A stretch of 59,003 nucleotides of DNA, filler included, from Sphacelaria rigidula (lineage: Eukaryota): NCBI GenBank assembly GCA_964200075.2. It is 4 parts of 4 records of this genome, joined end to end, with 100 filler letters (N's around TTAATTAATTAA, not from the genome) between each part and the next. Parts side by side here need not be neighbours in the genome. Positions count along the whole stretch, not along the records: positions 1 to 14,679 come from CAXNAA020002100.1; 3 more parts are not named here. The stretch is one strand, 5' to 3'. Below are positions 1 to 11,921 of the stretch, one piece after another. Each line of letters opens with the position of its first letter. Position 1 is the stretch's first letter. The notes under the pieces were generated by a model. It had not been told where the DNA came from, ran no database searches, and was given only the letters and a program-made list of their open reading frames with translations. The translations under genes were made by a program, and so were the position numbers.

Positions 1-488
1 AAGCCCTCGTGAGAATAGATCCTCTCTCGAAATATTCATGCCCGCCGGAAACATTGCAGGACCACCGCGATCGCGCGTCCGTTCGAACGGTCGCGAACGC
101 ATGTGTACCCCCGCACAAAGTAAAGGACGAATCCGCTAACTGCACCCCTAGCATTGGCATTGGCCCGAACAGTCATCGCCCGGGGCGGGTGCGGAGGAAC
201 CTGCACACTTGAATCAGCATTGAATCTCGTGGACGCCTCGTAACAAAGTATGCTTGACGCTCGTGAGTTCGAAGTATTCTATATATACTATATATATTCA
301 TTTTGTTATCATCAGGCGCATTCGTAGTTTTTCACGTGTTTCTTGGGAAAATTACACGTACCCGGAATACGTTTTATGGGTGTTCCGTTTTGTTTTATCC
401 TCTGTACCCATACAGAAGAATTCATCACGCGGACATCTCAGCGCATAATACAATCAGTAAATATCGTGACGATTCCTTCAAACTTCAG

Positions 489-604
489 GTGCCCAGAATG
501 CTGGTTGAGCACAAACACCACAAGAAGACCTGGAAACGAAGAGAAATAGGCGTACGGATGCCGGACGCACCCGTTCTCATGGAACTCCTCAATCAGCTCG
601 ACGG
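489..604 (+). CDS. Sua5/YciO/YrdC family protein (threonylcarbamoyl-AMP synthase-like), internal exon
   Basis: ttcag acceptor and gtgaga donor. Translates VPRMLVEHKHHKKTWKRREIGVRMPDAPVLMELLNQLDG, matching the KRxxIGxRxPD motif of YciO/YrdC proteins. Ends in phase 2, compatible with the exon at 2450. Upstream exons lie outside the window. Confidence 0.85.
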
Positions 605-1130
605 GTGAGAATGCATGCTGCATGCCAAAGGAGGGGGCTGGGATTAAACAAAGAAAATCACATTAGGTACCACTCGGTGGATAAGAAACTTTCTCGGGAA
701 ATATTTATTTGGAAGTAACTCTAACGCTATCCCTAACCCCAACCCAAGGCGTGCCGAGAACCCTCGGGCAAGGGGGGTGCAAAGCGTGCCCTAGGCAAAG
801 TGTGCTTGGGCAGGCCTCAAATCGGCGCCTGTGGCGCCAATCTGGACGAGAACGCATTCTGCGCACGATCGGAGCACTTGTGGCTGTCCCCCACGGAAGA
901 TCCGGAAATAGGTGTTCACGCTTGACTGATGTGATGAAAATTCGAGAAAACGTTCTTGTCGACTACGTGGTAACATCTACTGAAACAATTTTGCTCTAAA
1001 ACCAGCCTGTCAAAGTATTGCCCACGTGTTCTCCCCTTGTGGTTCGAACTCGCGGTGATGGGACAAATTGTCCCGCACTTTATCAGCTCGTTTTGCGACA
1101 CAGCATAGCGAAACGCTTTAATTACACATC

Positions 1131-1185
1131 CGTGTGTGTTTGTGTGTGTTTGTGTGTGTCTGTGTGTGTCTGCGTGTGTGTGTTT
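1131..1185. repeat. Imperfect (TG)n microsatellite in intron
   Basis: Run of gtgtgt units seen directly. Confidence 0.9.
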
Positions 1186-2449
1186 CGTGATGGAGTATGG
1201 CGTTTTCTTTTTTATTGAACTTTAATAGTGTGGTCGTGTCGTCGCTCAACGACGAGAAGCGTGGTCAGGATCTTGATTTGCGCTGAATTTTTTCATCGCG
1301 TGATTGGATTTATACGGGGGTGCCGTTGGTTACCCTCCAGCGAGGGTAAATTTTCACACTATTTTTAGCCCTGTCGAACACCCGACCGCGGGCGGGAATA
1401 TCTCGGTGCAGGGGGCATTCATACATGAGGCAAATGGCAACGGGCATACGTGGCTTTTTGGTACAGTGCCTACGCGTTCACGTGACCCAATGTACTGTTT
1501 TTTCACGCATGGGTCAAGCTTTCAGTGTAACCTTTTATGGAAATAATGCGCCACGCGTGTAGTTCGTGCCTCCTTGGGCCTCTGGCGATGAAGCATCTTG
1601 ACACCTGTAGTGCAGGAGCGTTCTTGTGAATTACTGATCGATTGATTGTCGCACAGTAACTGATCCGCCATGGGATCCAGCCGTGGTCACGTGATAGACG
1701 GCACCCGAGATGAACAACAACACGGAAAGATTCGCAAAAGAAAGGCGAAGAAAGCGGAAAGGTGGAACAGACGCAAAAGAGTACTAGCCTGAAAAAAAAA
1801 AACCGAGGCAGAACAAAACAAAACAAGAGCTAGAAACGGCCGGCCTTTGCGGCGTGGCTTCAGGTAGAAAAGATCTTGCGCAGTATCACGCGCATTCACA
1901 CCCTATCGAGAAGAAACAAAAGCCGTGAGGACAGATTTCGGTTCATCTATTTCGGCCGCACTAGTTTGGTTATGGGCTTCCAGTCGTGAATCCTACGGAA
2001 GCGAGGCGCCAACTGCGGCTTGCATACACCGGGAGGACAGGACACACAAAGAGAAAGAGGGAGATGGGGAGGAAAAGAGATGACAGAGAAGGAGGTTGCA
2101 TCAGTGATGAAGCCCAAGAACGTGACACGGTATAGCAAGAACAACACACGAATGAGGGAACACCGCAAGACCACCGACCGAGGACAAAGCCAAGGACAAA
2201 ATCACGACCGATAGAAAGGGACAGGGACACACCAGTTTCCATCTTGACCCGTATTCCCCCATTCATCATTAGTGTGAGTACAAATCAGACCATTCTCTCG
2301 GGCATTCTCATCCTGGATTCCTCGCGAGCTGTCGCTGTTGTTGCATAATACTGTATACCCATAAGACTTCAACTTTGCCATTAGAATCACCAGAGTCGGC
2401 ACAACCCTGCTTTTTCCTTGCTCCTCCCCCTCCTATATCCCGAAAGCAG

Positions 2450-2699
2450 TCCATTACTCTGCAGCAGCGTGCCCTCGAGCACAATACCCACAGACAACTC
2501 GGAGTTGGATCTACCGCATCGAAAACCTTTTTCGGGCCAAATAGATCCTGACTTTGATGACGACGATGACGACGATGATGATGGGAGGGGGGTCGGCGGG
2601 GGGTGGGGAGACGACGCCTTGGTGTCAGGAGATCCCGCCGCGATAGGTCGCACCTGGGGTCACGCCGTAGACTTTATCGTGGATGCTGGCTTGCTCGAG
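2450..2699 (+). CDS. Sua5/YciO/YrdC family protein, penultimate exon
   Basis: Pyrimidine tract plus cag acceptor; gtgaga donor. Translates PLLCSSVP...DPAAIGRTWGHAVDFIVDAGLLE (family motifs PLxxTS and DPxxI...VDxIxDxG), with an Asp-rich insertion. Confidence 0.85.
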
Positions 2700-3017
2700 G
2701 TGAGAGGGGGTCGCGACGTAGGCGGGAAGTTGTTGACTGTGCGGGGGTGATTGGGAGGGTGGAGGTGGACTACGGGGTGGAGCCACTGTTTCAGCGTAGA
2801 ACACGCGGCAGTGGGAGGTGTCAGCCTTGCTCAGCTTCTTAAAACGGTCAACACTTACAACAGCAATGATTGGCTTTGCGTTTGATGTAGCAGAAGGGTG
2901 AGTAGGAATCGTGAAGAGTAGGGAGGGATCGCTGGCTTCTTTGCGTTAAATTTGCGTTTCGGTTTGACGCCTGACCGTGCCGGATCTTCATTTCTGTCCC
3001 CAAAACATTTTCCACAG

Positions 3018-3110
3018 GTTGGGGGGTTCAGCACCGTTGTGGATGCTCTGGGCTCCGAACCGGTCGTCCTTCGAGAAGGATTGGGAGATCCATCACTCAT
3101 CACTCGATAG
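3018..3110 (+). CDS. Sua5/YciO/YrdC family protein, terminal exon
   Basis: ttccacag acceptor. Translates VGGFSTVVDALGSEPVVLREGLGDPSLITR*, the typical STVVD...LREGxG C-terminus. Confidence 0.88.
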   Translation, partial: VGGFSTVVDALGSEPVVLREGLGDPSLITR

Positions 3111-4499
3111 AAATGCGTAAAGACGTTCGAGATTCTTGTGCTGAGCATTATTGGTCCAACGACTGCTCAACCGGTGAACCTTCGTTCGTTGTACATAGCT
3201 CGCCGAGATGTCAAGAGTCAAACGTGAAGGATATGGTGGCGTCTTTTGTATCAGAGACTTGAAATGTGTGTGGCGTTGTGCTCCGTATTTACACACCCCA
3301 CAACAGAGTGTTGGCGCAAACATATATTTGCCGGTTTTCTATGTGTCGTATTTAGCTAGTAGAGCGCAACTCACCGCCCCAAACCCCAGTGTGACTACAT
3401 GTAAGGTTTCTGCTGAAAAGATTCGAGACCTCGCGGTATTTATGGGGAATGAGAAATTGGCGAATGACTGCAACATTTGCCCAAATGCTTTTGAATAGTT
3501 CAGTGCATCGAAAATCGCGGGAGTTTATAGAAATTCTAGTGTTTCGGAAAACTGTGATCCACTTGTGATGGTTTCTGTTCCTTCCAGCAGCAGCTGTTTG
3601 GGGTGCTCGTAATGCGTATGTTGTGTCCCTCCTTTACCCCAAAATGAATGTTCAGTTGACTTTTGACTAGATTAGAATTGGCAGATATCCTGCAGCTACC
3701 ATGTATCGGATTTGTGATGGAGGGTTTCCGATTGGCTTTCCGTGTTGCTCACCTAATGATATTTTCATGAATCAGACGTGACAGGAACGGACTAGAGTTT
3801 GGGTGGTACTTGTAGTTCATGATACTACAGAGCGCAATATATCGCCACGAATCATGTCGAAAGTAATCGGCGACACGTGACATATGGTAATCTATCCATT
3901 ATTTTGTGTGTTTGTTCTCGTCATCTAGATCTATCAATCACATGTTACCCGTACATCGTTGCCTATCAATCGTCGATACAGTTCTTGGCATGAATGTCAT
4001 GCACATTCTCATGGAAGTTACAGTCTTGGATTAGATCCCGGGCGCTCATAATCGTCATGAAAGTCAACGAGAATCTTATTACAGTAATGGTGTACCTGTT
4101 GACTTGGACGTAGTGTGCGTTTTGGATAGATCATGATTTGCACCATGTAGGGAAGTACGAAGTGTTGATTTTTTTATGCGGACACCAGGAACAAATACCA
4201 TGTGCTGACATTGTACGGGACAACTTTTCAGTGAGAAAGTAGTTCAAATCACTCTCGTAACATGGTGATCCAACCGGAACACGTAAAAGTATACTCATGA
4301 AGATTCTCGTTGGCGGCAAAGGCTACTGCGCCTTACAACTGAATCAAGTAACAACAAGGGTGGTCGTTTAGTCCTGTAAGGGTACTTGTGGCACGCAGTT
4401 TTCCTGTGACTCATGCTACGTTCAGCAAGACGATGGACACACATCTTTGCTGGAGACGCTCGAATTCTACGTGTTGCCCCTTTGTAAATTGAATATTTG

Positions 4500-4890
4500 C
4501 AGTCGAAATTTGACACATCCTTGTCGCAGTCCATGTGTGACTTCAAACCGCTCCGAGAGCTCCCCATCGTCCATGCGTACGCGGGCCTGCATACCGTCGT
4601 GGAATTGGCGGATAACTCTTATCATCCCATCTGGAATACCAGCTCTCGGTCGACCCAGTCGTATGCCTCAGGAGGTCGACGAAGCTCATGTACAGCGGTA
4701 ATCTCCGCCGCCGTCCCAGCTCCTGGAATCGACGAACTACGAACAGCATGTCGACAGTGAATCGGTCCATCGGAAGCCGCACTGTTCCTCTGGTAATATC
4801 CCGTGCGTTTCGCAGTAGACGCTGAGGTGGTTGGCCACTATCTTCAGTAGCATTTTCCCTGCGTGCGATACAACAGAGATCCCCTGTCGT
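4500..4890 (-). mobile_element. Degenerate LINE (RTE-like) reverse transcriptase fragment
   Basis: Minus frames give [38 protein letters not shown]...PLYMSFVDL and [33 protein letters not shown], with frameshifts. Confidence 0.85.
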
Positions 4891-5738
4891 TAGACCGTTA
4901 ATATCGACAGTTTTTTGGGAAATCGTTCTGGTCTCAGGCGTTTTCGCACCTGTTTTAGAATCTTCTCCCAAAATGAAGCGGCGATATTTTTTCGCCAAGC
5001 GTTCACGTTTGGCGAATGCCTAATATTTCGGACTCCAGCACAATACTCCGCAGAGCTGCCCTTCGCGCACGCCGCAGCGCTCGCAAGCATGCGAGAAGCA
5101 TCAGGAACCTTGCTAGTGACACCCTGGGCTATGTCGTAGAGTAAAAAGCACCGCGGGTTGGCGGTATCTATCTCCTTAGACGGTGTGTGCCCCGGCAGTG
5201 GTGTTGGAGCTGTTGGGGCCAGACACGGTGGTCGTCGTTTGCAGACATACGCACTTTCGAAGCGAAGAGCAAAAACAATCCAGTAGCTACCTACTTGCCT
5301 GCAGTGCTGCCTACGAGGGTACGCTACCGCACCGTCTGAAAAGTGTATAGCTGGTGGTTTGATTGGGTGTATCTGCATATACAACTCACAGAAAGCGAGC
5401 ATGCTGCAATCTATGCACGGGGCGTTCTACAGTCAGTATTTTTACTCGTGTGCTGCTGCAGCATCCCGAGAGAGCCGGTCGATTACGCCCTAGCCTGTCC
5501 GACTGCCCCCCCCGTGTCACAGAGAGGTTGTGAGAAATATGTTTACCATAGTTCTGAACACCATACACGGGCAGGTAGCATAACCCTGTCCTTTATTTTG
5601 CCGGCGAAGGCAAGCAAACGACGAGATCAGCACAATCTGTGATATCTAACAGCAACAGTAGATGTAGATAATAACGAGCCCTAGGCGAATGCCGAAATTT
5701 CAGACCTTCTCTCATCTTGTTTATTTGTACATAATTAA

Positions 5739-5837
5739 CCCTTTAGACCGCGAGATTAGTCTTTCTGGCTCATGCATACTTTTTTTCACTTCAAATTGAT
5801 GCCGATTCAACAGAAGACTAACCTCGCGATCTAAGGC
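5739..5837. mobile_element. About 100 bp piggyBac-like MITE (copies at 8676-8773, 48902-48999, about 51155-51256)
   Basis: Termini CCCTT(T)AGA...TCTAAGG(G) with a similar interior in four copies. The 8676 copy has TTAA on both sides. Confidence 0.7.
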
Positions 5838-5839
5838 CC

Positions 5840-6790
5840 TTATTGCACATGGACCGATCCGATTTCTTGTACATACAGCTCCTTGATCGTTGCATCTTTC
5901 CACTCCTGCGGGATCTCCTCTCCATTCCACACCTCAATGGGAATGGTTTTGAAGCGTTCGAGGACGATGGGTTCGGCGCGGCCGTTGATCTTGAGTGGCC
6001 CCACAGTAAGGGAGTCGTGTCCTGGCGCTTTCGAGTTGTGCATCCCCCGGACTGCTCGTCTGGTTTCCTCCAGTGTACAGACAGTAGAGTATTATTGCGA
6101 AGAAAACATACGCCGCATCTAGCAGGAAATGAGCCCACGATCTCTCCATCCTCATGAATTAGTGGTGGCTACAGTTGGGCCAATGGACCTCCGCGCGCGG
6201 TGGCATCGATGAGTTTCCTCATGACAATCAGCATTCACCCTGCAAGACATACTCTCTCAATCTGTGGGCTACTGGCGACATGAATGCTGCCCACGGTTAG
6301 AGATCCATTTTCGAAAGATGGGTTAAAGAGTTTCGGATACCCAGCTACCTGGCGGTATCCTTTAATGTCGTACTCTTCCCGATCTCCTGCTGAACACAAA
6401 CTGCATCTACGAACCATGATAGGGTCAGCAGCTACACCTAGCATAGATCCACTCCTGGATATCTGCGCAACGATCATGTATGCAAGGCACAGATCAGTAG
6501 ACCGAGCCGATCTCCAGCCGGAAGCATGTGGTAGGCGATACGACCGCGAATCTGACCGAAGTTCGAGGTACCCAAACGCCTCGATATTGACGAGACAGGC
6601 ACGTCCTCGGCACGCGGAACGATTCTTGGAAAAGTTCTGATTTCCGAGCTGTTCGACATGTCAATCCTGCAAGGACACCACACGTGATGATCAGACCAGT
6701 TCGCCACAAAATATTGACATATACCACGCCATAGTGACGGGAGTGAGCCACCACCCCATCGACACACCGAGCATCGTTGGACCACGTCCG
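5840..6790 (-). mobile_element. Degenerate LINE fragment, upstream part of the same RT
   Basis: MHNSKAPGHDSL...VWNGEEIPQEWKDATIKELY/KKSDRSMCN is the RT N-terminal region that directly precedes the NYRxIS motif found at 4890. The 5' limit is approximate. Confidence 0.75.
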
Positions 6791-7225
6791 GTGTGCTTAA
6801 AAGCGGACAGCATCAATCTCCTAGGTTAGAGAGCGGTAAGAGCTAAGAAGCGGATATATCAGAACCCTTTGGTTGACTGGGGTACGGGAAACTGTGCACT
6901 CAGTTAAATACAGTACCCAGTGCAGCCAAGTTGTCTGCGGCGTAATCGGTCAGTCGAGGGTTTGGCTACAGGCGGCAGCAACGCTGCTCTGCTCCCATCC
7001 CCTCGTCCCGGTGGCGTGCCAACTAGACTAGGAAAATAAAAACATCAGGGTAGCAACACTGTAAACGTTTCGAAATAACTGTGGATCTTCGGAGCACCTA
7101 CCTTTAGCGGCCAGACAGCAAGCGCAGCAGCAACGTTGTTCTGCTCCTGCCCCCCCTTTGCTTCAGGGACGCAGCATTCACACCATTACTGCAACCACCA
7201 ACGCCACTACCACAACCACACTGCT

Positions 7226-7435
7226 ATGATGGAATCTCTTCCAGCGGATTCGCAACCGAGGCAAGATAAATCCGTATTGATCCAACTGCGCGATGCAACG
7301 AACTTGGCTGAATTGTCACGGCGGCTGGGTATGCGTTGGGATGACGGCGATCTACCGTTGAGACACTGGGACGGCGTTGAGGTGGATTCAGCTGGGCGTG
7401 CTGTTTCCCTCTGTTTGACGCACAATCACCTCGAG
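7226..7435 (+). CDS. First exon of an LRR protein (N-terminal cap, LRRNT_2-like); possibly a pseudogene
   Basis: MMESLPADSQPRQDKSVLIQLRDATN...WDDGDLPLRHWDGVEVDSAGRAVSLCLTHNHLE matches the DxxxLxxL...W....L..W.GV.....GRV..L.L..N.L cap of stramenopile/plant LRR proteins. No convincing downstream LRR exons were found. Confidence 0.65.
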
Positions 7436-8777
7436 GTTGCGTTGGTATGGAACGCGCCGCCGGATGCAAGGCATACTGTAGGCTGTGAGTGCAGGTGGGA
7501 AGTGGAGAGGTATCTTCCTGCGGCGTTGCTGTGCGCTCAAAGTGAGTTCATATCCCGTCATCGGACACACTTGGGCTTTGCTGACCGGTGCCAATCGCGA
7601 TACATGTGCCGTGATAATATATCTTTCAGATGGGGCTCTGAAGGGGTCTGTCAACCGATTCGTTGTTGTTTTCGCTGTGTTGTGGTCCGTACAGTGGTGA
7701 GGTGGCTTCAGCAACGACGCAAAGTTCTTAGTGGCAAGCGAGCTCACAAATAGGCGGTCCACAGTGTTGTTGATCGCAGCTGACAAACGTGACAATAAAG
7801 ATCTGTTGAGGCTATTACAAGTGGTTGTAGCCATGCTGACGAAATGCAACACGCACAAAACGGTAGCCCATATTCCTGGAGAGTATTTTTAGCGACTGTT
7901 TGTCGTTTAGGCCGAGGCATCAGGCGACACAACCACTGCAGCCCCAAATTCGCTTGCACGAGTCCCAAACCATACGCGACAACTGACTGCTGCGCGATGG
8001 GAGGAGCTACCTATATACATACACGGGCACCTGAAATACCCTGAACCGCCGTGTTTACAAAACTGTTAAAGTGCCTAGAGCTTAGCCAGTACGGGGAAGT
8101 AACATTCGCTATACCTAGAACCTACTGTAGACTCGGTTGAAGTTTTATTTGTAACCTCATACAGCACTAGAGTATACCAACAGAAGATTATCTTCGAAAA
8201 CGACGTTGAACATCAAAATGCCTGTCAACTCCGAAACAATTGTGCGCTTTTACTTCGTATCTATGCCAGCGAAGTCATTCTTTTATGCTAGTAGTGATGT
8301 CACCGCAAGCATTGGCCATAAGTGGAAATTATGCTCGATTTATGATCGCATTCTCAACAAAAAAATGCCCGATTTATGCTCGCCACGTCGATGGTATGCT
8401 CGATCGTGCTCCTTACATATCCAACGACGATGCCATTTTCGACAGGATACATCCACACACCAATGTTTCTTGTTTTTGACAGCTACGACATGCCATACAG
8501 ATTTGGATTTCGATAATCGAAATGTTTTTTCTTCACCTCGGACCTCAACATGTCGGTCAATTGGATCCAAATTTGTATGGCGTGTGTATTAGTTGTCAAT
8601 AGCTACCAGTAGGTGAAGGAATGGAACCATATTTCGAAGTTATGGTGTAGTGTCATGAGGTGAAGAGGCCTTTAACCCTTATACCGCGAGGGTAGTCCAT
8701 CTCGATCATGCATACGTTTTTCGAGTGAAATGGAGGCCGATTCAACAGATGACCTACTCTCGTCGTCTAAGGATTAA

Positions 8778-9217
8778 CACGGGATCTTACAAATTGGGGA
8801 TGGATCTTTTATTGGGGATGAGAAACCAGGAGAATTAAAATCTTCGTATCCACACCAAATCTTCGAAATATGGTTCCATTTCTTCATCTATCGATAGCTA
8901 TTGATAACTGCCACACACCATAGGAATTTGGATCCCGATAACCGAAATGCTGGGGTCTTAGGTGAAAAACCAATTGTGGGGAAGTCTGGGTGTCCGAACG
9001 GACGCCAAAATGTTTCCGAAATTGGTTTTTCACCTGGGACCCCGACATTCCGGTCATCGAGATCCAAACTTCTATGGCGTGTAGCAATTGTCAATAGCTG
9101 TCAGTAGGTGAAGAAATGGAACCATATTTTGAAAATTTGATGTGGATACGAAGATTTTGATTACCCGGGTTTATCATCCCCAATAAAAGATCCATCGCCA
9201 ATTTGTAAGATCCCGTG
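8778..9217. mobile_element. 440 bp fully palindromic MITE (partial copies at about 8520-8640, 11640-11760, 49503-49590)
   Basis: Starts CACGGGATCTTACAAATTGG and ends CCAATTTGTAAGATCCCGTG. The arms pair along the whole length around a GAAC loop at 8996-8999. Confidence 0.85.
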
Positions 9218-10598
9218 ATCTTTACAGTACTTCCTTCCTCAGACTCGCAGAGGTCATAATGATTCTACAGATATAGGATATTTTTGAGTAGACACATGGA
9301 ACCTCTCCGAGGTTCCTTGGGGCAGATGCACTTTGGGGTATAGGTATAGACCAGATTGGTGCTTCCCCAAATCCCGGAGAGCTGCACGCCTCCCGAGATT
9401 AGATGATGGGTTCAGGGAGAGGCTTCGACCTCCCCCCCTACCTTTCCCACTCTCAGCTTGGACGTTCAGCCATCAACCACTACATTGCCTTAGGTGGTTA
9501 TCGGTGAAAGCTAGGAACGGGAACCTTCAGGTTAATGAAGTGAGAACCAGCTTCTGGTTTGAGCTTCCTACTCGATCTAACACATGCGAGAACCCCTTAC
9601 GCGTGAAATTTGGAGTGCCGGACACTTGGTATCCTTTGTGCTCCTGCTGCACAGGATAGAGTTGGCTGATACACGAGGCCTAGCCTAGCCAACACCTTTA
9701 CCGGGTTCTCATCCTCAACGAAAAGCTCCATCCTCAATTTCGGCGATCGGCTGTTTAATAGGGAAGCCTCGTACCAAAATTTCAGCTCCTTCAAGTCTAT
9801 GAGATGCGCACCATGCAGTGACGTGATAGATACAAGACTGGCTACAGATTACTCCAAACCCCTGGGGGCGTTGATCAAATGACTCATGTTGTTTCTATAC
9901 AGTACAACTCGCCCAATATTGCCTGCTGAGATGAAGGGATATTAAACTATCGAGAACAAACAAAAAGGTAATGTTCAACTTTATATCTAAAAATTAAAGC
10001 ACGTGAACTGAAGAGAGGGGAAAGGCAGAAAGAAAAAAATATAAAAAAGTATGTGGGATGGGGTGGACAGACTACCAGTCTTCTCGAAAACACTTTGTAA
10101 ATCGTGTTTTTTTAAAAGATTCAAGCACAGAAAGGTGGTTCAATTTTTACATAATAAACTGTTTGGGTTCAAGGGTTTAATTATGGTTATTTTCAACTGA
10201 TTTCAAGATACGACGGTCTGTTTGATCCTACCACTCTCACACATTCAGCCGTCGCACGACGATCGCCGGTATGAATCGCCGGTATGAATGTTGTATCAAT
10301 AAACACTTAAATATTTCATTGTGTTTCCATATTGTGCCCCCCCCTCTACCAAAAGACCCGAAGGTACCGAAAAAAAACAGCCCCAATCCCAGCCCAAACC
10401 CCCCAGTCGGAGCCATTTTATGGATTTCGGCGAGAAAAGGATGAAGATGGATGAGATTTGATGCAGCGAAAAGGCCTGACAGCCGTAAGAAATGCGAAAA
10501 TTGAGCGGGGTGGGAATTGTAGAGTTAGCGATGGAGAGAAGGAGGAGTAACAGACAGAAAGGCAAAAGGGATGGGAGGTTGCTTCGGATATATAAAAT

Positions 10599-11588
10599 AA
10601 CAGCGGGCTCTCAAAAATGGGGGTGAACAAAGACTGAGATTCGACTCAAAAGCAGTGCTTTCCCTGACCTAAAGTCACCGCAAACGGCTTTCATATGGGC
10701 GACCTCATCCATCCCGATCTTCCCAAAACTATTCGGGGGATTTCTGGCCCTCCGTTCCCCCAAACAATATGTAACAACGTTTTTGTGAAATTGAGAGTAG
10801 AGCGCTGATTGAGAGTGGCTTTGATCACTCGCTTTAACTTGGCCAATTATTCTTCATTCCGTGTGTGCTTTTCTTTGCCGTCTCTATCACTTGCGTGAGC
10901 TCACAGCTACACGTCGATATCCTACTCAGGAATATCAAGAGTCGACACTTTCTGCGACAGCCCCCCCCCCAAAAAAAAAAGTGCATGGTCTTGGGAGGCA
11001 AGATCTTCACGTCAATCGATGTGGGAAAAGCCGAGCACAACGAGAAGCTGGGGATTCCCACGCTTGGGTTCGTTCTAGCCAATGTTGCCAATATGAGGAG
11101 CTTCATGCAGCCTAAACCCGAACATCAGGCGCTGTATGGCCATTTTTTTCGTGACACTTTTAGCTGGTTTTGGGGGAGGGCTATCGTAGAAAGTGTCGGC
11201 CTCAGTGGCTAGCTATTACCGAAAGCATATTGAGCCTCATGGAAGGGAATTTTGGAACTGAAACGACTCATTCACTAGTTGACCGCTTTTCACTCTCAAT
11301 CATATCCTCTACTCTCAATTCCACGAACACACTGTTATGTGAGTAAGCACGATTTCTCGGCTCAAAAGTGCCCTTTTTTCACCCCCAAATCGAGACAACA
11401 GTGTGCTTTAGCACATACCCTTTGGAGGAACGGAAGGCTAGATATCCCCCGAAATAGTCTGAGGGAGGTCGAGAGGGATGGCTTCGTCCGTATGAAAGTC
11501 ATATGTCATGACTTTAGGTCAGGGAAAGCACTGCTTTTGACTTGAGCCTTCTTTTTTTGTTCAACCGAATTTTTGAGAATCCGCTGTT
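10599..11588. mobile_element. Non-autonomous TIR element, about 170 bp imperfect TIRs, 4-bp TSD (AAAT)
   Basis: AACAGCGG...CCGCTGTT termini flanked by aaat on both sides. Its right end recurs at 44331-44521 and its interior recurs inverted at about 47760-48030. Confidence 0.8.
10944..11197. mobile_element. About 250 bp MITE nested in the 10599-11588 element
   Basis: TIR GACACTTTCT(A/G)CGA(T/C)AGCCC. Similar copies at 22605-22854 and 58921-59003. Confidence 0.85.
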
Positions 11589-11601
11589 AAATAGTACCAA
11601 A

Positions 11602-11797
11602 AACAGCCGATCATCTATGTTGAGGATGGTGCTTTTCATTGAGGATGAGAACCCGGAGGATTAAAATCTTCGTATCCACACTAAAAAATTTGGATGTCAA
11701 TAACCGAAATGTTGGGGTCCTACGGGAAAATCCAATTTCAGGGTATTTCGGCGATCCGACATCGGAGCACCATCCTCAACATAGATGATCGGCTGTT
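11602..11797. mobile_element. 196 bp MITE with perfect 32 bp TIR and 4-bp TSD (CAAA)
   Basis: AACAGCCGATCATCTATGTTGAGGATGGTGCT and its exact reverse complement, with caaa on both flanks. Confidence 0.85.
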
Positions 11798-11921
11798 CAA
11801 ACCCCCAATCGGAGCCATTTCGTGGATTTCAGCGAAAAAAGGATGATGAATGGATGCAAGCGAAGGGCCTGACGGCCGTTAAGAATGCGAAAATTGGGCG
11901 GGGTAGGAATTGGAGGCTTAA

